Shown here one piece after another: positions 9,635 through 19,757 of a stretch of DNA of 64,000 bases. The position numbers were made by a program, and so were the translations under genes. This DNA comes from a virus (lineage: Duplodnaviria > Heunggongvirae > Uroviricota > Caudoviricetes): IMG/VR virus record IMGVR_UViG_3300018080_000111; one strand, given 5' to 3'. Every line of letters begins with the position of its first letter. Positions within the stretch are counted from its first letter, which is position 1. The notes below the pieces were generated by a model that was not told where the DNA came from, made no database searches, and saw only the letters and a program-made list of their open reading frames with translations.

Positions 9635-9929
9635 GTCCTCTTTCAACTAAACAAAGTGCGTTCCTGATTAAGTTCGGGGACGCCATATTTTCATCTTAGG
9701 AGAAGAAAAATGATTGATCTCACAAGAATAAAAACCAATATAGTCGAGGAGGACCCATATGTTCCTGCACGATTAATTGGTTTCCGAAAGGATGGGTCTA
9801 AGGTAGAGTCGGCGGATAGGTTCCTGGGATCCTCATTAATAACTCTATTCTCTCTCATAACAGGAGAACAATTAACTCTTAGGGCCATCTCAACCATTAT
9901 AAGGAAAAAGAAAATTAAGGTGGATAATC

Positions 9930-10181
9930 ATGTTTTATCAGTCCTCTAAAGTAGGGAATTCTCTTTTGAATATCTTACCCGCCCTATTTGGTGGCCTAAT
10001 TGGGATGTATCTCATATTTGTTGAGAAGGATATCCTTTTGGCCTTTATTTGTGTCGGACTGGGTAGTCTATTTCTTTTCTTTCGATATCATGTAGAACAG
10101 GAAGAGAAGAGGAAGACGGAGATCTGGAAATTATTGGAACAGAGAATAAAAGAAATTGAAAAGTTAGGAGAAGAAGAATGA
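9930..10181 (+). CDS. small membrane protein, holin-like (2 TM segments plus charged C-tail)
   Basis: Hydrophobic stretches LLNILPALFGGLIGMYLIFV and LLAFICVGLGSLFLFF, then an EEKRK-rich tail. Confidence 0.4.
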   Translation: MFYQSSKVGNSLLNILPALFGGLIGMYLIFVEKDILLAFICVGLGSLFLFFRYHVEQEEKRKTEIWKLLEQRIKEIEKLGEEE

Positions 10182-10375
10182 AATTACTTCTTTGGTGTAT
10201 CTTTTTAATCTCCCTTTGGGGAGTTTTTGGGGAGAGCTATTGGTTAGCTCGGATTGCTCCCTGGCATTGGTTGTCCATGATTTGCCAAAATATGCCGGAT
10301 AGGCTACAATACTATTCGATACCGATAATTATAGCCCTTTTGTTGACAAAGAATAAAAAAGGAGAAACAAAATGA
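10178..10375 (+). CDS. small membrane protein (65 aa)
   Basis: N-terminal TM segment. Translationally coupled to its neighbours. Confidence 0.35.
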   Translation: MKLLLWCIFLISLWGVFGESYWLARIAPWHWLSMICQNMPDRLQYYSIPIIIALLLTKNKKGETK

Positions 10376-11043
10376 AAAAGTTCTTAGTAATTTTGGTAAG
10401 TGCTTTAATGCTCGTTGTAGGAATTGGGTGTGCTACTCTTAGTCATCTTATGACCCCCACAGAAGTAGACCAGAGATCAAAGAATTATGTAATTGAAAAA
10501 GGAGCCGGAGAGGAAGGGGACTATCGCAGTTGGCTTTGGCCTAATCTTGCAGATGCCCAGAAGTTGGATGAAGATTTGGATATTGCCCATGATATGGAAC
10601 AGTTCCGTCTGGATCAGGCCAGGGCTAAGGATATAAAGGATTACTCTCATTGTAAGAAGGTTAGTTCTCATAATGTGAATTCTGGACTACAAAGAGAAGA
10701 GGCCTTATTTGGTGAAAAGGGATTACTTTCCTTAGGACTAAGTTTAGCTGGAATGGGTACTTTAACTGGACTTCTGGGTCTGATGAGAAAGAGGCCTGGT
10801 GATATGACTCCTCAAGATATGGAGAAGGCCTTAGCAGAAGCTACCGGAAAGACAGCAGAAGAGTTGTCTGCCAAACAGAAACAGTTTGTCCAAGTTATCT
10901 CTGGGGTTAGCACTTTGATGAAAGATTGGAAGACCAATAGCCCAGAATTGTATGAGAAGGCAAAGGCCGTCTTTAATACAACTCAGGATACGGAGACTCA
11001 GGTAGCGGTGGCAACAGCAAAGAAAGAAAGTTTGATAGGGTAA
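10372..11043 (+). CDS. putative lipoprotein (223 aa)
   Basis: Signal peptide with lipobox-like LVVGIGC-A. Confidence 0.5.
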   Translation: MKKFLVILVSALMLVVGIGCATLSHLMTPTEVDQRSKNYVIEKGAGEEGDYRSWLWPNLADAQKLDEDLDIAHDMEQFRLDQARAKDIKDYSHCKKVSSHNVNSGLQREEALFGEKGLLSLGLSLAGMGTLTGLLGLMRKRPGDMTPQDMEKALAEATGKTAEELSAKQKQFVQVISGVSTLMKDWKTNSPELYEKAKAVFNTTQDTETQVAVATAKKESLIG

Positions 11044-11237
11044 CCTCTTTTACTTTTAGGAGAACAAAATGTATGATGCGATAGCCAATGTAGATTGGTC
11101 TCAGTTTGGAAAGATAAAGGATAATTGGCATCCAAATGGAACTTGGGTACCACCAAAACCTTGTCTGCATCCACAACATAATCCTCCCGGAATGATGGTA
11201 GTGTAACTTTCATGTAATCTGTAATTGGAGAAGAAGC

Positions 11238-11873
11238 ATGGATAAATCAAACGTAACTAAATTGGCACGGCTACTGAAGAACTTTACAGAACTGGAATCC
11301 TCCTTCGTTCTAACTTCAGAAGTCAAGGCCATTTGTGCCCATAGGAATGATAAAGGGGAAATCGAAGGAATGGATGTGGTTACACCTCATGGAACTTTCC
11401 ATGATAGTATGGACTTTAATACTTTTAAAACCAGGGTAGGAGATATCCTGGAAGTCCTAAAAGATGAGATGCCCAGTCCTCCTGATCTTAATCAGAAGAA
11501 GAGTGGTAGGATAGTTCCAATATCTCCACCACCTCCCCAGGAAGGTATTCCAATCCAACAACCTAGTACCATCGCTCCGCCAATAGGAACAGTAGGTGAA
11601 GCACAGCCAAAGGAGTCCACTTTAAACCTTTCTGATAGTGGATTTACCGGGGACCTATTTACTGATCCTGGTTTGAAAATAGTGAACAGGGGCCAAATCA
11701 CAATTCATACTATGTCAGGTGAAGTAATTTCCACAGGCACTCCGGGTGGGAATATCCAAGGAGAAATGATCTCCGGTGTAATCTATGAGAATGGAAAGTG
11801 CCGATTGGCGGCCAAGAACTTTAATGGTGGAAATCAGGTAGTTGTAAAGTATCAAGTGGCACGAAAGGGATAG
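11238..11873 (+). CDS. hypothetical protein (211 aa), Pro-rich middle
   Basis: ORF with SD-like ggagaagaagc upstream. Confidence 0.5.
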   Translation: MDKSNVTKLARLLKNFTELESSFVLTSEVKAICAHRNDKGEIEGMDVVTPHGTFHDSMDFNTFKTRVGDILEVLKDEMPSPPDLNQKKSGRIVPISPPPPQEGIPIQQPSTIAPPIGTVGEAQPKESTLNLSDSGFTGDLFTDPGLKIVNRGQITIHTMSGEVISTGTPGGNIQGEMISGVIYENGKCRLAAKNFNGGNQVVVKYQVARKG

Positions 11874-11978
11874 TCGGTTCTTAATGGAGATCAACCCAAT
11901 TGAAAATTTATTGGTTGCTCTGGTTGTGCCCTACTATGTATATATGGTATTAAGGACTTGGGATTTATTTAGGGAGAA

Positions 11979-12371
11979 GTGATGTCCAACTGTTGGCCGA
12001 AAATCTGGGGAACGAATGACGAGATCTACAACAATGATCTCTGTAGCGTTAATGTACTAAAAATAAAGAAGGGTGGGACTTGTTCCCTACATACTCATAA
12101 AGCAAAGCATAATGTGTTCCATGTGATTTCAGGACAGTTGAAGATAAAGACAGATAAAGGCGACTCGGTCCTGTCACCTGGGCACAGTTTTACAGTCTTT
12201 GCCGGAACAAAGCATCAGTTTCAGGCCTCAGAGGAGACTATTTGCATTGAAGTGATGTTTGTAAGATATGATGAAAATGATATCCAAAGGGAATCAGTTG
12301 GATTTATAGGTAAGCTTGCTGGTAGGGTAGGACCAGTAATCTACGAAGATTTGGAGAAGAATGATGGGTGA
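11979..12371 (+). CDS. cupin-fold protein (130 aa)
   Basis: HTHKAKHNVFHVISGQLKIK...GHSFTVFAGTKHQF resembles cupin beta-barrel His motifs. Confidence 0.45.
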   Translation: MMSNCWPKIWGTNDEIYNNDLCSVNVLKIKKGGTCSLHTHKAKHNVFHVISGQLKIKTDKGDSVLSPGHSFTVFAGTKHQFQASEETICIEVMFVRYDENDIQRESVGFIGKLAGRVGPVIYEDLEKNDG

Positions 12372-12588
12372 AAAAGTATACTTAGAAGAGATGGATATAT
12401 TTAGTACCGTAGTCTGTAGGCAGATGAAGGATGAATCAGAAAAGCAAAGGGAAGAAAAAAGCCAACAAAATCAGGAAAAGTAACAAAACAAAAGGCCATT
12501 ATACAATATAAATAGAGGCACGCGGTACTATATTCCCTAGTTGAGATTCAGTCTTTCTTAGGGAAAGGAAGGGAGTAAGCTCAAGCCA

Positions 12589-12762
12589 ATGAACGATTTC
12601 TGTCTTTTTTGTACCTCCAAGGATGTGGAAGAAATTAAAGGGTGTGAGGACCGAAAATGCCCTTTTTGGACCTGCAGAATGTCAAATCTAGGTTATCAGC
12701 ACAGAAAAAGAAGGGATAAGGAAGTCCAATTACAAATTCCATTTGATGGGAATATAGCGTAA
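12589..12762 (+). CDS. small Cys-rich zinc-ribbon-like peptide (57 aa), not in the ORF track
   Basis: ATG at 12589 after a GGGAG SD-like sequence. CLFC...GCEDRKC...TC. Its stop overlaps the start of the downstream phosphoesterase gene (taATG). Confidence 0.4.
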   Translation: MNDFCLFCTSKDVEEIKGCEDRKCPFWTCRMSNLGYQHRKRRDKEVQLQIPFDGNIA

Positions 12763-13529
12763 TGCGTATCTTCATATCCGATATACATTTAGGCGATGGA
12801 ACTGGAATAGATGATTTCCATCGGGATGATCTTTTCCTCAACTTCCTGGACTATGCAGATAGGAGAGCCTCAGAGTTAATCATTCTTGGAGATCTATATG
12901 AACTCTGGCAATCGGATCTGGAAAAGATTTTCTGGTCCCATCCAGCAATCATTCAAAAACTTCAAGGCATGAAAAATGTCACCCATATCTATGGAAATCA
13001 TGACTATATCCCTTTCTCTAGACTATGTCCAGAAATATATGAGGGTGAAAAAATTGTGGCTCTCCATGGTCATCAGTATGATCAATTCAATAGATTCAAA
13101 AATCCGCTGTTCAACTTGAAGTGGCCCATCGGAAAGTATATCACAGTCTTAGTGGGGGAACTGGAACGATGGGTTCACCCAGATATGGATACTTGGTTAT
13201 TGAAGATGAAGGAGAAGTTCGGTGATTTTCTGGTAGAGTCCGCCACCATTCAAAATAATGCACATAGCCGAGGAGATTTAGATCAGTTAGCTCTGTCCAT
13301 TCAAAAGCAAAGAGACATCAATTTAGCTCCTATTAGTATCTTTGGTCATACCCATGAACCAGAACTTTCTGTTATTGAGGAAGAGGGTAAGAAAAGGATA
13401 TATGCAAATACGGGAGCATGGACGGATGAAGCATATCCCACTTTCATAGAACTTACTGACTCCAGAATCCGCCTTTGTGATGGAAATGATTTGGATGTTC
13501 TTGAAGAACTCCGATTGGATATTCTGTAA
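12762..13529 (+). CDS. calcineurin-like metallophosphoesterase
   Basis: Motifs DIHLGDG, GDLYELW and GNHD are present. Confidence 0.75.
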   Translation: MRIFISDIHLGDGTGIDDFHRDDLFLNFLDYADRRASELIILGDLYELWQSDLEKIFWSHPAIIQKLQGMKNVTHIYGNHDYIPFSRLCPEIYEGEKIVALHGHQYDQFNRFKNPLFNLKWPIGKYITVLVGELERWVHPDMDTWLLKMKEKFGDFLVESATIQNNAHSRGDLDQLALSIQKQRDINLAPISIFGHTHEPELSVIEEEGKKRIYANTGAWTDEAYPTFIELTDSRIRLCDGNDLDVLEELRLDIL

Positions 13530-13540
13530 GGAGTTATGTG

Positions 13541-13687
13541 ATGTCTTCTGGGAAAGGGGGCATGTATTGGGAAGTCCGAAAGGATTGGGTTTGCCCCAGA
13601 TGCGGTTATAAGGAGAATACATCTGGGCACTTTTGTATCCGATATTGTAAAAGATGTAGGGAAAGGATGAGAGAAGAAGATGATGCA
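13541..13687 (+). CDS. small Cys-rich zinc-ribbon-like peptide (48 aa), not in the ORF track
   Basis: Contains CPRCG...FCIRYCKRC. Overlaps the start of the next ORF. Confidence 0.35.
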
Positions 13688-14072
13688 GCAAGATGATGAA
13701 GGTAGATGGTTACCTACCAAAGTGTTCCCTTGCGATTGCGGATCGGAAGGAGTAGCTGTGTCGGTAGAAGATGATGAAGATTTCTGTGATTGTGCCGATG
13801 CTCCATTTATTAACTTAGCCTTCTGGGAACATTGTACTCCTTTGGAAAAGGATAAGGGATTGGCTTACAGGCAAAGGATTAAATATGCCTGGAGAATTTT
13901 GAGGGGTAAATCTTTATGGACTTCTATGGTATGTATGTCTGGATCAACCGCCAAAAATTTTGCACATCATATACTTTATATTATTAGTAAGTCCACTAAG
14001 AAGGAAGAATCAAAACCCTTAGTAGATTGGCCAAAGAATGAACAAATTCAGGAGGATGGTCCAGATGTCTAA
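13680..14072 (+). CDS. hypothetical Cys-containing protein (130 aa)
   Basis: ORF with a CDCGS...FCDC motif. Confidence 0.45.
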   Translation: MMQQDDEGRWLPTKVFPCDCGSEGVAVSVEDDEDFCDCADAPFINLAFWEHCTPLEKDKGLAYRQRIKYAWRILRGKSLWTSMVCMSGSTAKNFAHHILYIISKSTKKEESKPLVDWPKNEQIQEDGPDV

Positions 14073-14208
14073 GTTACTTTGTGCATGTAATGGAAAACTC
14101 TGTGATGGGATCTGTAAGGAAAAGAACCTCTACCGGAAAAGAAAGGATTTAGATAGGTGCCCAGCAGCTTTTGAAAAACAGAAAGAGAGAAGGAGAACCA
14201 ATCGATGA
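14065..14208 (+). CDS. small basic Cys-rich peptide (47 aa), not in the ORF track
   Basis: MSKLLCACNGKLCDGICKEK...RCP. SD GGAGGA upstream. Overlaps the protease gene start. Confidence 0.35.
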   Translation: MSKLLCACNGKLCDGICKEKNLYRKRKDLDRCPAAFEKQKERRRTNR

Positions 14209-15125
14209 GGAAGATAACCCAAATAGTTTTAGCATTGGTCCTTTTATTCGCTGCCTTTAATATCTGGAACATAAAAAAGGATGTAGTAAATCTCCAAGAG
14301 GAAATGATCCAAAGGGATCTTGATATAGCACATTTTGTATCTAAAGGTTTCTCTGCGGTCCATGAAATGAATCAGAGAAGTAAATTAGAAAGCAAAGCCC
14401 TCATAGAGTCAGTATCCAAAGGAGCTATTGAATACACAAATACAATGCTGGATCTTCAATCTGATCAGGTGAATAGAGTATATAAGGATACATACTTTTC
14501 CCTTGTTAGTATTGAGGGTTTGGTGGAGAAATGGGGTCAATATGGGTCCGCCGGAGAGTATGAATGGATGATTGGTGGAACCGGGGTTGTTTTAAACAAT
14601 CAAGGACTTATTCTTACTGCGGGACATATGTTGAATTTGGATATGGGTAGAGTAAAGGATATCCGTGTCCGAATGGCTGATGGGAGTATCCTGGAAATTT
14701 TGGATTCGTCCTACCTTAATTTGGAATCGGGTGAAGTCGATCTTGGAATAATAAAAGTGGATTTTCCAAAGGGTTGTCGTAAGTATACACCAATTTCCCT
14801 GGGCAACCTTACAGATCTGAATTTTGGTCAAGAAATGATTGTTATTGGAAACCCTCACGGATATGAGCATTCTGTAACTAAAGGAATTCTTAGTCGTCTT
14901 TGTCATGAAGGTTTTAGGGAGGGAAGAAAACAATTCTATATCCAGACAGATGCTCCAGTTAATGGAGGAAATTCTGGCGGTCCTGTTTTTGGTTTAGATG
15001 GAAGATGTTATGGAATATGTTCTTGGGGGGTCCTGAATTCTGATGGATTAAGTTTCTTTGTTCCAGTAAATGTAATCAAAAGGACAATACCCATACTAAT
15101 CAAGAAGATGTATGAGGACATTTAA
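14205..15125 (+). CDS. trypsin-like (S1/DegP-type) serine protease with N-terminal membrane anchor
   Basis: TAGHM (His), GNSGGPVF (catalytic Ser). N-terminal hydrophobic segment. Confidence 0.75.
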   Translation: MRKITQIVLALVLLFAAFNIWNIKKDVVNLQEEMIQRDLDIAHFVSKGFSAVHEMNQRSKLESKALIESVSKGAIEYTNTMLDLQSDQVNRVYKDTYFSLVSIEGLVEKWGQYGSAGEYEWMIGGTGVVLNNQGLILTAGHMLNLDMGRVKDIRVRMADGSILEILDSSYLNLESGEVDLGIIKVDFPKGCRKYTPISLGNLTDLNFGQEMIVIGNPHGYEHSVTKGILSRLCHEGFREGRKQFYIQTDAPVNGGNSGGPVFGLDGRCYGICSWGVLNSDGLSFFVPVNVIKRTIPILIKKMYEDI

Positions 15126-15145
15126 AGGTTTCACAGGAAGATAAA

Positions 15146-16384
15146 ATGGGATTTGGTGATAATAACGATTCCGTAATAAATCAAAGGACTTATTCGGACT
15201 TTGATCAAGACGGGAATGGGAAAGTTGATTTGCAGGCGGGTGGTGCCGATATTGATCTTTCTGGCCTTCTGGGCATGATGTATATCGAGGGAGGGGAATG
15301 TAATGTTTACTCGGGGGCCTCTGCGAGATCAAAGTTACAATTAGCAATTGGATCTGATATCCAAGCTTATGATTCTAATCTGACAACTTTAGCCGGATTA
15401 GATAGTTCTGATGGTAATTTTATTGTGGGCAGTGCTGCAGGATGGGTAGTCGAATTCGGATCTACTGCCAGAAACAGCTTGGGAGTAGGTGAGGGGGATA
15501 CTCCAACATTTACAAGCCAAATCTTGACGAATGCCAGTGGTACATGCTTTAATCAGGTAAATTCAGCAGTAGACTCTGCAGGATATTTCCGGTTTAGAGA
15601 TACGGGACCAACTAATGTTAATTTTTATCTGGGCTTTAATGGATCGCCTGGTACACTACCAGCAGGTAGTGTTGATTATTCTTTCTCTTTGTGTAATTTC
15701 GAAAATACACCAATCCACTTTGCCACCAGTAATGCTATAAGGATGACAGTAGAAGCTGGGGGTAATATTAACATACAAAACAGTCTTACGGATGGTAGTA
15801 ATTCACTCACTATAGCTAATGCAAAGACAGCATATGATCATTCTCAAATTGCAGGTGGTGATAGTGTTCATGTGTCCGTCGCAGAAAATTCAAATTGGGA
15901 TTCTGCTTTTACACATGTATCAAATAATGGGACCGATCATTCTTACATAGATCAGGATGTAACTCAAACTGGAACTCCTACATTTGCAGGTGGTGATCTA
16001 ACCAATATAACAGATGATTATATTCCTTATATTTCTTCTTCTGGATGGGCTAATTCTAGAGTTAAAGCAAATGGGTCAACGGCTACGCCAGAATTGCAGC
16101 TTTCTGGCACCTCCCAAGCTTCAATAAGTCTGTTTGATAGCGGGGCTACCGCTAATTCAAAAGAAGGACGTTTTATCGTGGACGGCGATCATTGGGAAGT
16201 GCAAACTATAAATGACGCACGAACCGTCGCTACCACAAGACTCGATGTAGATTTATCAAATGGTGACGTCGATGTCCCCGGTAACTTCACTGCTGGAACA
16301 ATAGAAGCTGATAATGGGGCTGATTTCAATGGATTGGTTACAAATATAACCGTTGTTGGTGGTATTGTCACAGCTATTTCTTAA
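15146..16384 (+). CDS. fibre-like structural protein sharing a domain with the 51962 tail fibre
   Basis: HVSNNGTDHSYIDQDVTQTGTPTF parallels SHVSSDGSDHSFIDQDVTATGDPQF in 51962..54232. Gly/Ser/Thr-rich. Confidence 0.55.
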   Translation: MGFGDNNDSVINQRTYSDFDQDGNGKVDLQAGGADIDLSGLLGMMYIEGGECNVYSGASARSKLQLAIGSDIQAYDSNLTTLAGLDSSDGNFIVGSAAGWVVEFGSTARNSLGVGEGDTPTFTSQILTNASGTCFNQVNSAVDSAGYFRFRDTGPTNVNFYLGFNGSPGTLPAGSVDYSFSLCNFENTPIHFATSNAIRMTVEAGGNINIQNSLTDGSNSLTIANAKTAYDHSQIAGGDSVHVSVAENSNWDSAFTHVSNNGTDHSYIDQDVTQTGTPTFAGGDLTNITDDYIPYISSSGWANSRVKANGSTATPELQLSGTSQASISLFDSGATANSKEGRFIVDGDHWEVQTINDARTVATTRLDVDLSNGDVDVPGNFTAGTIEADNGADFNGLVTNITVVGGIVTAIS

Positions 16385-16398
16385 ATAGGATTATAAAA

Positions 16399-16947
16399 TT
16401 GTTTATATTAGAATATAAGAACGGAAAAGATATGAAAATTATAGAAGAAAATGTTATTTTTGTTCGTCCTGAAAACGAGGAAACTTCATTCCTTCAAATT
16501 CAGGATTTTCAAGCTAATCCAACAGTTCAGGTTGATATTAATAACCGAAGAGTAGGAATTAATACGAATGCTCCAATATGCACATTTGAGGTTCAAAATC
16601 CTGAGGATTATCTTTGTGTTCGATTAGAATCTAAATCTGGAAAACATTGCTATATTAACTTTAGGGATGAGGGAGGCCAAGGTTCCAATACATATTTTGG
16701 TGTGGAAAATAGTGTTGGTGGTGGGATTAATCAAGGAACATCTCCACATGCTTGCGTGTTAACCGTACATCCGGACAACAGACCTTTTGAACTTTGTACG
16801 GGCAATGCCGTTCAAATAAGAGTCGCATCGGATGGTGGTGTGTATATGTTTAATCTTAAGTCTGGAACGAGTCAACAGGATGCTGGAGCATCTTCCAGCG
16901 AATTGTGGTTTGACTCTTCAAGTCAATCAGTTAAAATGGGAATTTAA
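16399..16947 (+). CDS. hypothetical protein (182 aa)
   Basis: ORF. Confidence 0.45.
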   Translation: MFILEYKNGKDMKIIEENVIFVRPENEETSFLQIQDFQANPTVQVDINNRRVGINTNAPICTFEVQNPEDYLCVRLESKSGKHCYINFRDEGGQGSNTYFGVENSVGGGINQGTSPHACVLTVHPDNRPFELCTGNAVQIRVASDGGVYMFNLKSGTSQQDAGASSSELWFDSSSQSVKMGI

Positions 16948-17002
16948 AGTTAAGTTCCTAAATTAATATAAACATTTATAATCCTGTTTAGGAGAGAAGA
17001 AG

Positions 17003-17422
17003 ATGTTAGTAGATTTCAGTAGAAAATTGTACACAGTAGGAAAAGAAGTAATTCAAGAAAGTTCTGGATCTAAGGAACTTATTTGTCCTCATTGTAATAA
17101 AGTTGTATTGGAATCAACTTCTCGTAAAGTAGATTTAACAATTCGATCGATCGTGTCTGCTGCTCTACAAACCCCAATGCAGGAGGACGCCAAAAAATCT
17201 CCAAAGGAAAGAGAAGAGATGTTTGACCTTCTTATGAGGATTCATGGAGATCCAGTTGTTGATTTAAGTTCGGAGGAACAAACCAAACTGAAAGATCGAG
17301 TATCCAAAGTCGCTTATAATAATCTTATTACTGGTCAGGTTCTTCGAGTTTTAGAAGGAAAAGAAAATCCATTTGAACCCAAAGAGGATACTACAGAGGT
17401 AGAAGATGGGACCAAGGAATAA
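17003..17422 (+). CDS. hypothetical protein with CPHC zinc-ribbon motif
   Basis: ORF. Confidence 0.45.
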   Translation: MLVDFSRKLYTVGKEVIQESSGSKELICPHCNKVVLESTSRKVDLTIRSIVSAALQTPMQEDAKKSPKEREEMFDLLMRIHGDPVVDLSSEEQTKLKDRVSKVAYNNLITGQVLRVLEGKENPFEPKEDTTEVEDGTKE

Positions 17423-17798
17423 AAAGAAAATTCATTTGAGAAATAGGATAGAGGAGTCCAAAAGATACTTTGCTACCGATCAGTATCAGACGGTCCTTTC
17501 TTTGGCGGAATCCTTTCTATCCCAGGGAAATCTGGTGTCCTGCTCAAATATGCTGGATAGGCTTCCCACTAAAGATCAACTCTTGGAGTCTTTGGTGGCT
17601 AAGTTAAAGGGGAAGTCAGTGTATAAGACTCTCCGCCAGATTCATGAGAAGGATGGGGTAAGTCCTCTTATCAAGATCAAGGGGATCTCCTCTCTATTGA
17701 CACATTGCATTATCGAGATGGAGTCAGGACGAAAAGAATATGGAATCCTCCTCCCTATTCTATTGGAAAAGCAGAGTGAATTGATTTACGGACTCTAG
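17406..17798 (+). CDS. hypothetical protein (130 aa)
   Basis: ORF. Confidence 0.45.
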   Translation: MGPRNKKKIHLRNRIEESKRYFATDQYQTVLSLAESFLSQGNLVSCSNMLDRLPTKDQLLESLVAKLKGKSVYKTLRQIHEKDGVSPLIKIKGISSLLTHCIIEMESGRKEYGILLPILLEKQSELIYGL

Positions 17799-17799
17799 T

Positions 17800-18042
17800 A
17801 TGTTTGAGGAAACCTTAAATGATATAAATAAAAAGTTGGAAGAGGAAGTGGATACTCAAAGTCTGGTCCGGAAGATTGACAAATTGCTGGATAAAATGAG
17901 TTTGGCCACTTTTGATGAAGATGAGTTAGGAAGAGCAATTGATGATCTTTCTGATGAAAGTAAATATGAATTGAAACAAGCAGTAAAGGAAAAGAATACG
18001 GAAAAGATATTTCATATTCTTGGGGTAGAGAATATTCAGTAG
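17800..18042 (+). CDS. hypothetical acidic protein (80 aa)
   Basis: ORF. Confidence 0.4.
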   Translation: MFEETLNDINKKLEEEVDTQSLVRKIDKLLDKMSLATFDEDELGRAIDDLSDESKYELKQAVKEKNTEKIFHILGVENIQ

Positions 18043-18050
18043 GAGATATT

Positions 18051-19241
18051 ATGGAAGGTCGAGACGCATTATTTGGTGATATGTTAGAAAGTATTTCTCA
18101 GAAGGTGGAAACTGCTGAGTCTAAGGACAGTAAAGCCAAGGATCCCTTGAAAACTAAAAGTCCGAAGGAACTCAAAGGGGATGGAAAGAAGGACACAAAA
18201 CTCCAAAAGATGGGAGAGAGGGAGGAATCGAAGGAGACAAAGACCGAGGAAGGTATTGATCCCACCAGCGATAAGAAGGGCGACTATGGTCAGGATGAGG
18301 CCGAAAAGATTAAAAAGCTGACAGAGGGCGAAGATGTGGCGGAGGAGGTCAAATCCCTTATCACGAAAGCAAAGGAAGCTTTGGACTCTGGTGACTATAT
18401 TGAAGCACAAGATTTGGTTTCTCGTCTGAGTCAAGTCAAGGCGGCCGTCTCGGAACCTGAGGAGGTTGAAACTGAGCCGGGAAATACGGGTTTGGGTATG
18501 CCTGCAGTTGATGTAGATGATGGGATGGAAGAGTCCAAAGTAAATGAATCTGAGGATATCTTTTATGTTTATTCTGCATTAGGTCAAAGATATGGTGGAA
18601 TCGAATCACAAAAGGAAGGAACAGCCACTTTACCGGAGATTGAAGAGGTTCTTCAGGAGGAGTCCGGGGATTTGGAGAATGATGCTTTACGGCTTGTCCA
18701 AGGAGCTATTTCATTTAATCCCGATTTAGGTGCAGATGAAATTATAAATACTCTAAAATCCGAAGGAGAGGTGACTCTTGAACATGAGGAGGGTGGAATT
18801 GGAATCTCTAGGGATGAAAAGAGAGCTAAGGAACTTGCTAAAATTGGATATGTAGATGATGAGATGGAAGAATCTAAAGAGGACCACTCTGAATTTATTA
18901 TGGACGATAACCTCCAAGAGATGATTGATACCGCCCTGGATTCTGATGTAGAATTTAAGATTGATGAAGCAAAGAAAGATCCAAAGGCAAAGACCCGGAA
19001 TCGGGGTGATGTGGTGTTTCCGGCCGAATCCCCCAAAGTGAAGGATGATAAGGACCACTTCCCTATTAATTCGGAAAAGCAGGCAAGGAATGCTTTAGCC
19101 CGAGCCAATCAATATAAATCTTCTCCTAAGTGGTACGATGGATCCTTAAAGACCTTGGTAACTAAGGTTGCCAATGCGGTTAAAAAGAAATATAAAGGAA
19201 TTGAGGTATCTAAAGAAGCTAAAACTCCTGGAAAAGGATAA
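18051..19241 (+). CDS. highly acidic protein with basic C-terminus (possible internal head or scaffold-type protein)
   Basis: Extreme Glu/Asp content, Lys-rich tail. Confidence 0.5.
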   Translation: MEGRDALFGDMLESISQKVETAESKDSKAKDPLKTKSPKELKGDGKKDTKLQKMGEREESKETKTEEGIDPTSDKKGDYGQDEAEKIKKLTEGEDVAEEVKSLITKAKEALDSGDYIEAQDLVSRLSQVKAAVSEPEEVETEPGNTGLGMPAVDVDDGMEESKVNESEDIFYVYSALGQRYGGIESQKEGTATLPEIEEVLQEESGDLENDALRLVQGAISFNPDLGADEIINTLKSEGEVTLEHEEGGIGISRDEKRAKELAKIGYVDDEMEESKEDHSEFIMDDNLQEMIDTALDSDVEFKIDEAKKDPKAKTRNRGDVVFPAESPKVKDDKDHFPINSEKQARNALARANQYKSSPKWYDGSLKTLVTKVANAVKKKYKGIEVSKEAKTPGKG

Positions 19242-19244
19242 AAG

Positions 19245-19739
19245 ATGAGTAGAAGAAATTACAAAATCAATGAATCTATAAAGGTGCTTTTTAAAGCGAC
19301 TAATGGATCTACATCTGTGAACATGGATGTGTTTGATGAGACGGATACCCAAGATGTTGCCCAATCGGGGGCAATGACCCAGTTAGGGGCATCTAATCGT
19401 TGGATAGCATCATTTACTCCGGATGCAAATGGCGATTGGTCCATCCTGTGTTCGGATAATAAAGGTGGAGAAGTAGTTAAGCATTTCTCTGTTGGGGACT
19501 ATAATATTCAGTCCATAGGCGCTAATGTCCAATCTGTTGAGACCAAAGTTGATAATTTAAATGATATTTCAGTTTCTGAGGTTAATAGTGAGGTTGATAC
19601 AGCACTTGCCGACTACGATGCTCCAACAAAAGCAGAACTCGATATTTCAGAGCAGAATATTCGGGGGACCGATGGTGATGATTTAAAATCTTTATCAGAT
19701 CAGATTGATGGTTTATCCTCTCCGCCTATGATAGGATAA
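19245..19739 (+). CDS. hypothetical protein (164 aa)
   Basis: ORF. Confidence 0.45.
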   Translation: MSRRNYKINESIKVLFKATNGSTSVNMDVFDETDTQDVAQSGAMTQLGASNRWIASFTPDANGDWSILCSDNKGGEVVKHFSVGDYNIQSIGANVQSVETKVDNLNDISVSEVNSEVDTALADYDAPTKAELDISEQNIRGTDGDDLKSLSDQIDGLSSPPMIG

Positions 19740-19757
19740 GCTGGTTCGATTTATCTT

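Noticed and set aside
18084-19108. Antisense ORFs (18084..18434, 18653..19108, 18753..19058) and similar minus-strand ORFs at 21594..22025, 23305..24713 and 25284..25827
   Set aside because: They lie antisense to long, compositionally biased (acidic, Ser-rich on the reverse) coding regions. Such ORFs are typical artefacts of low-complexity sense genes.
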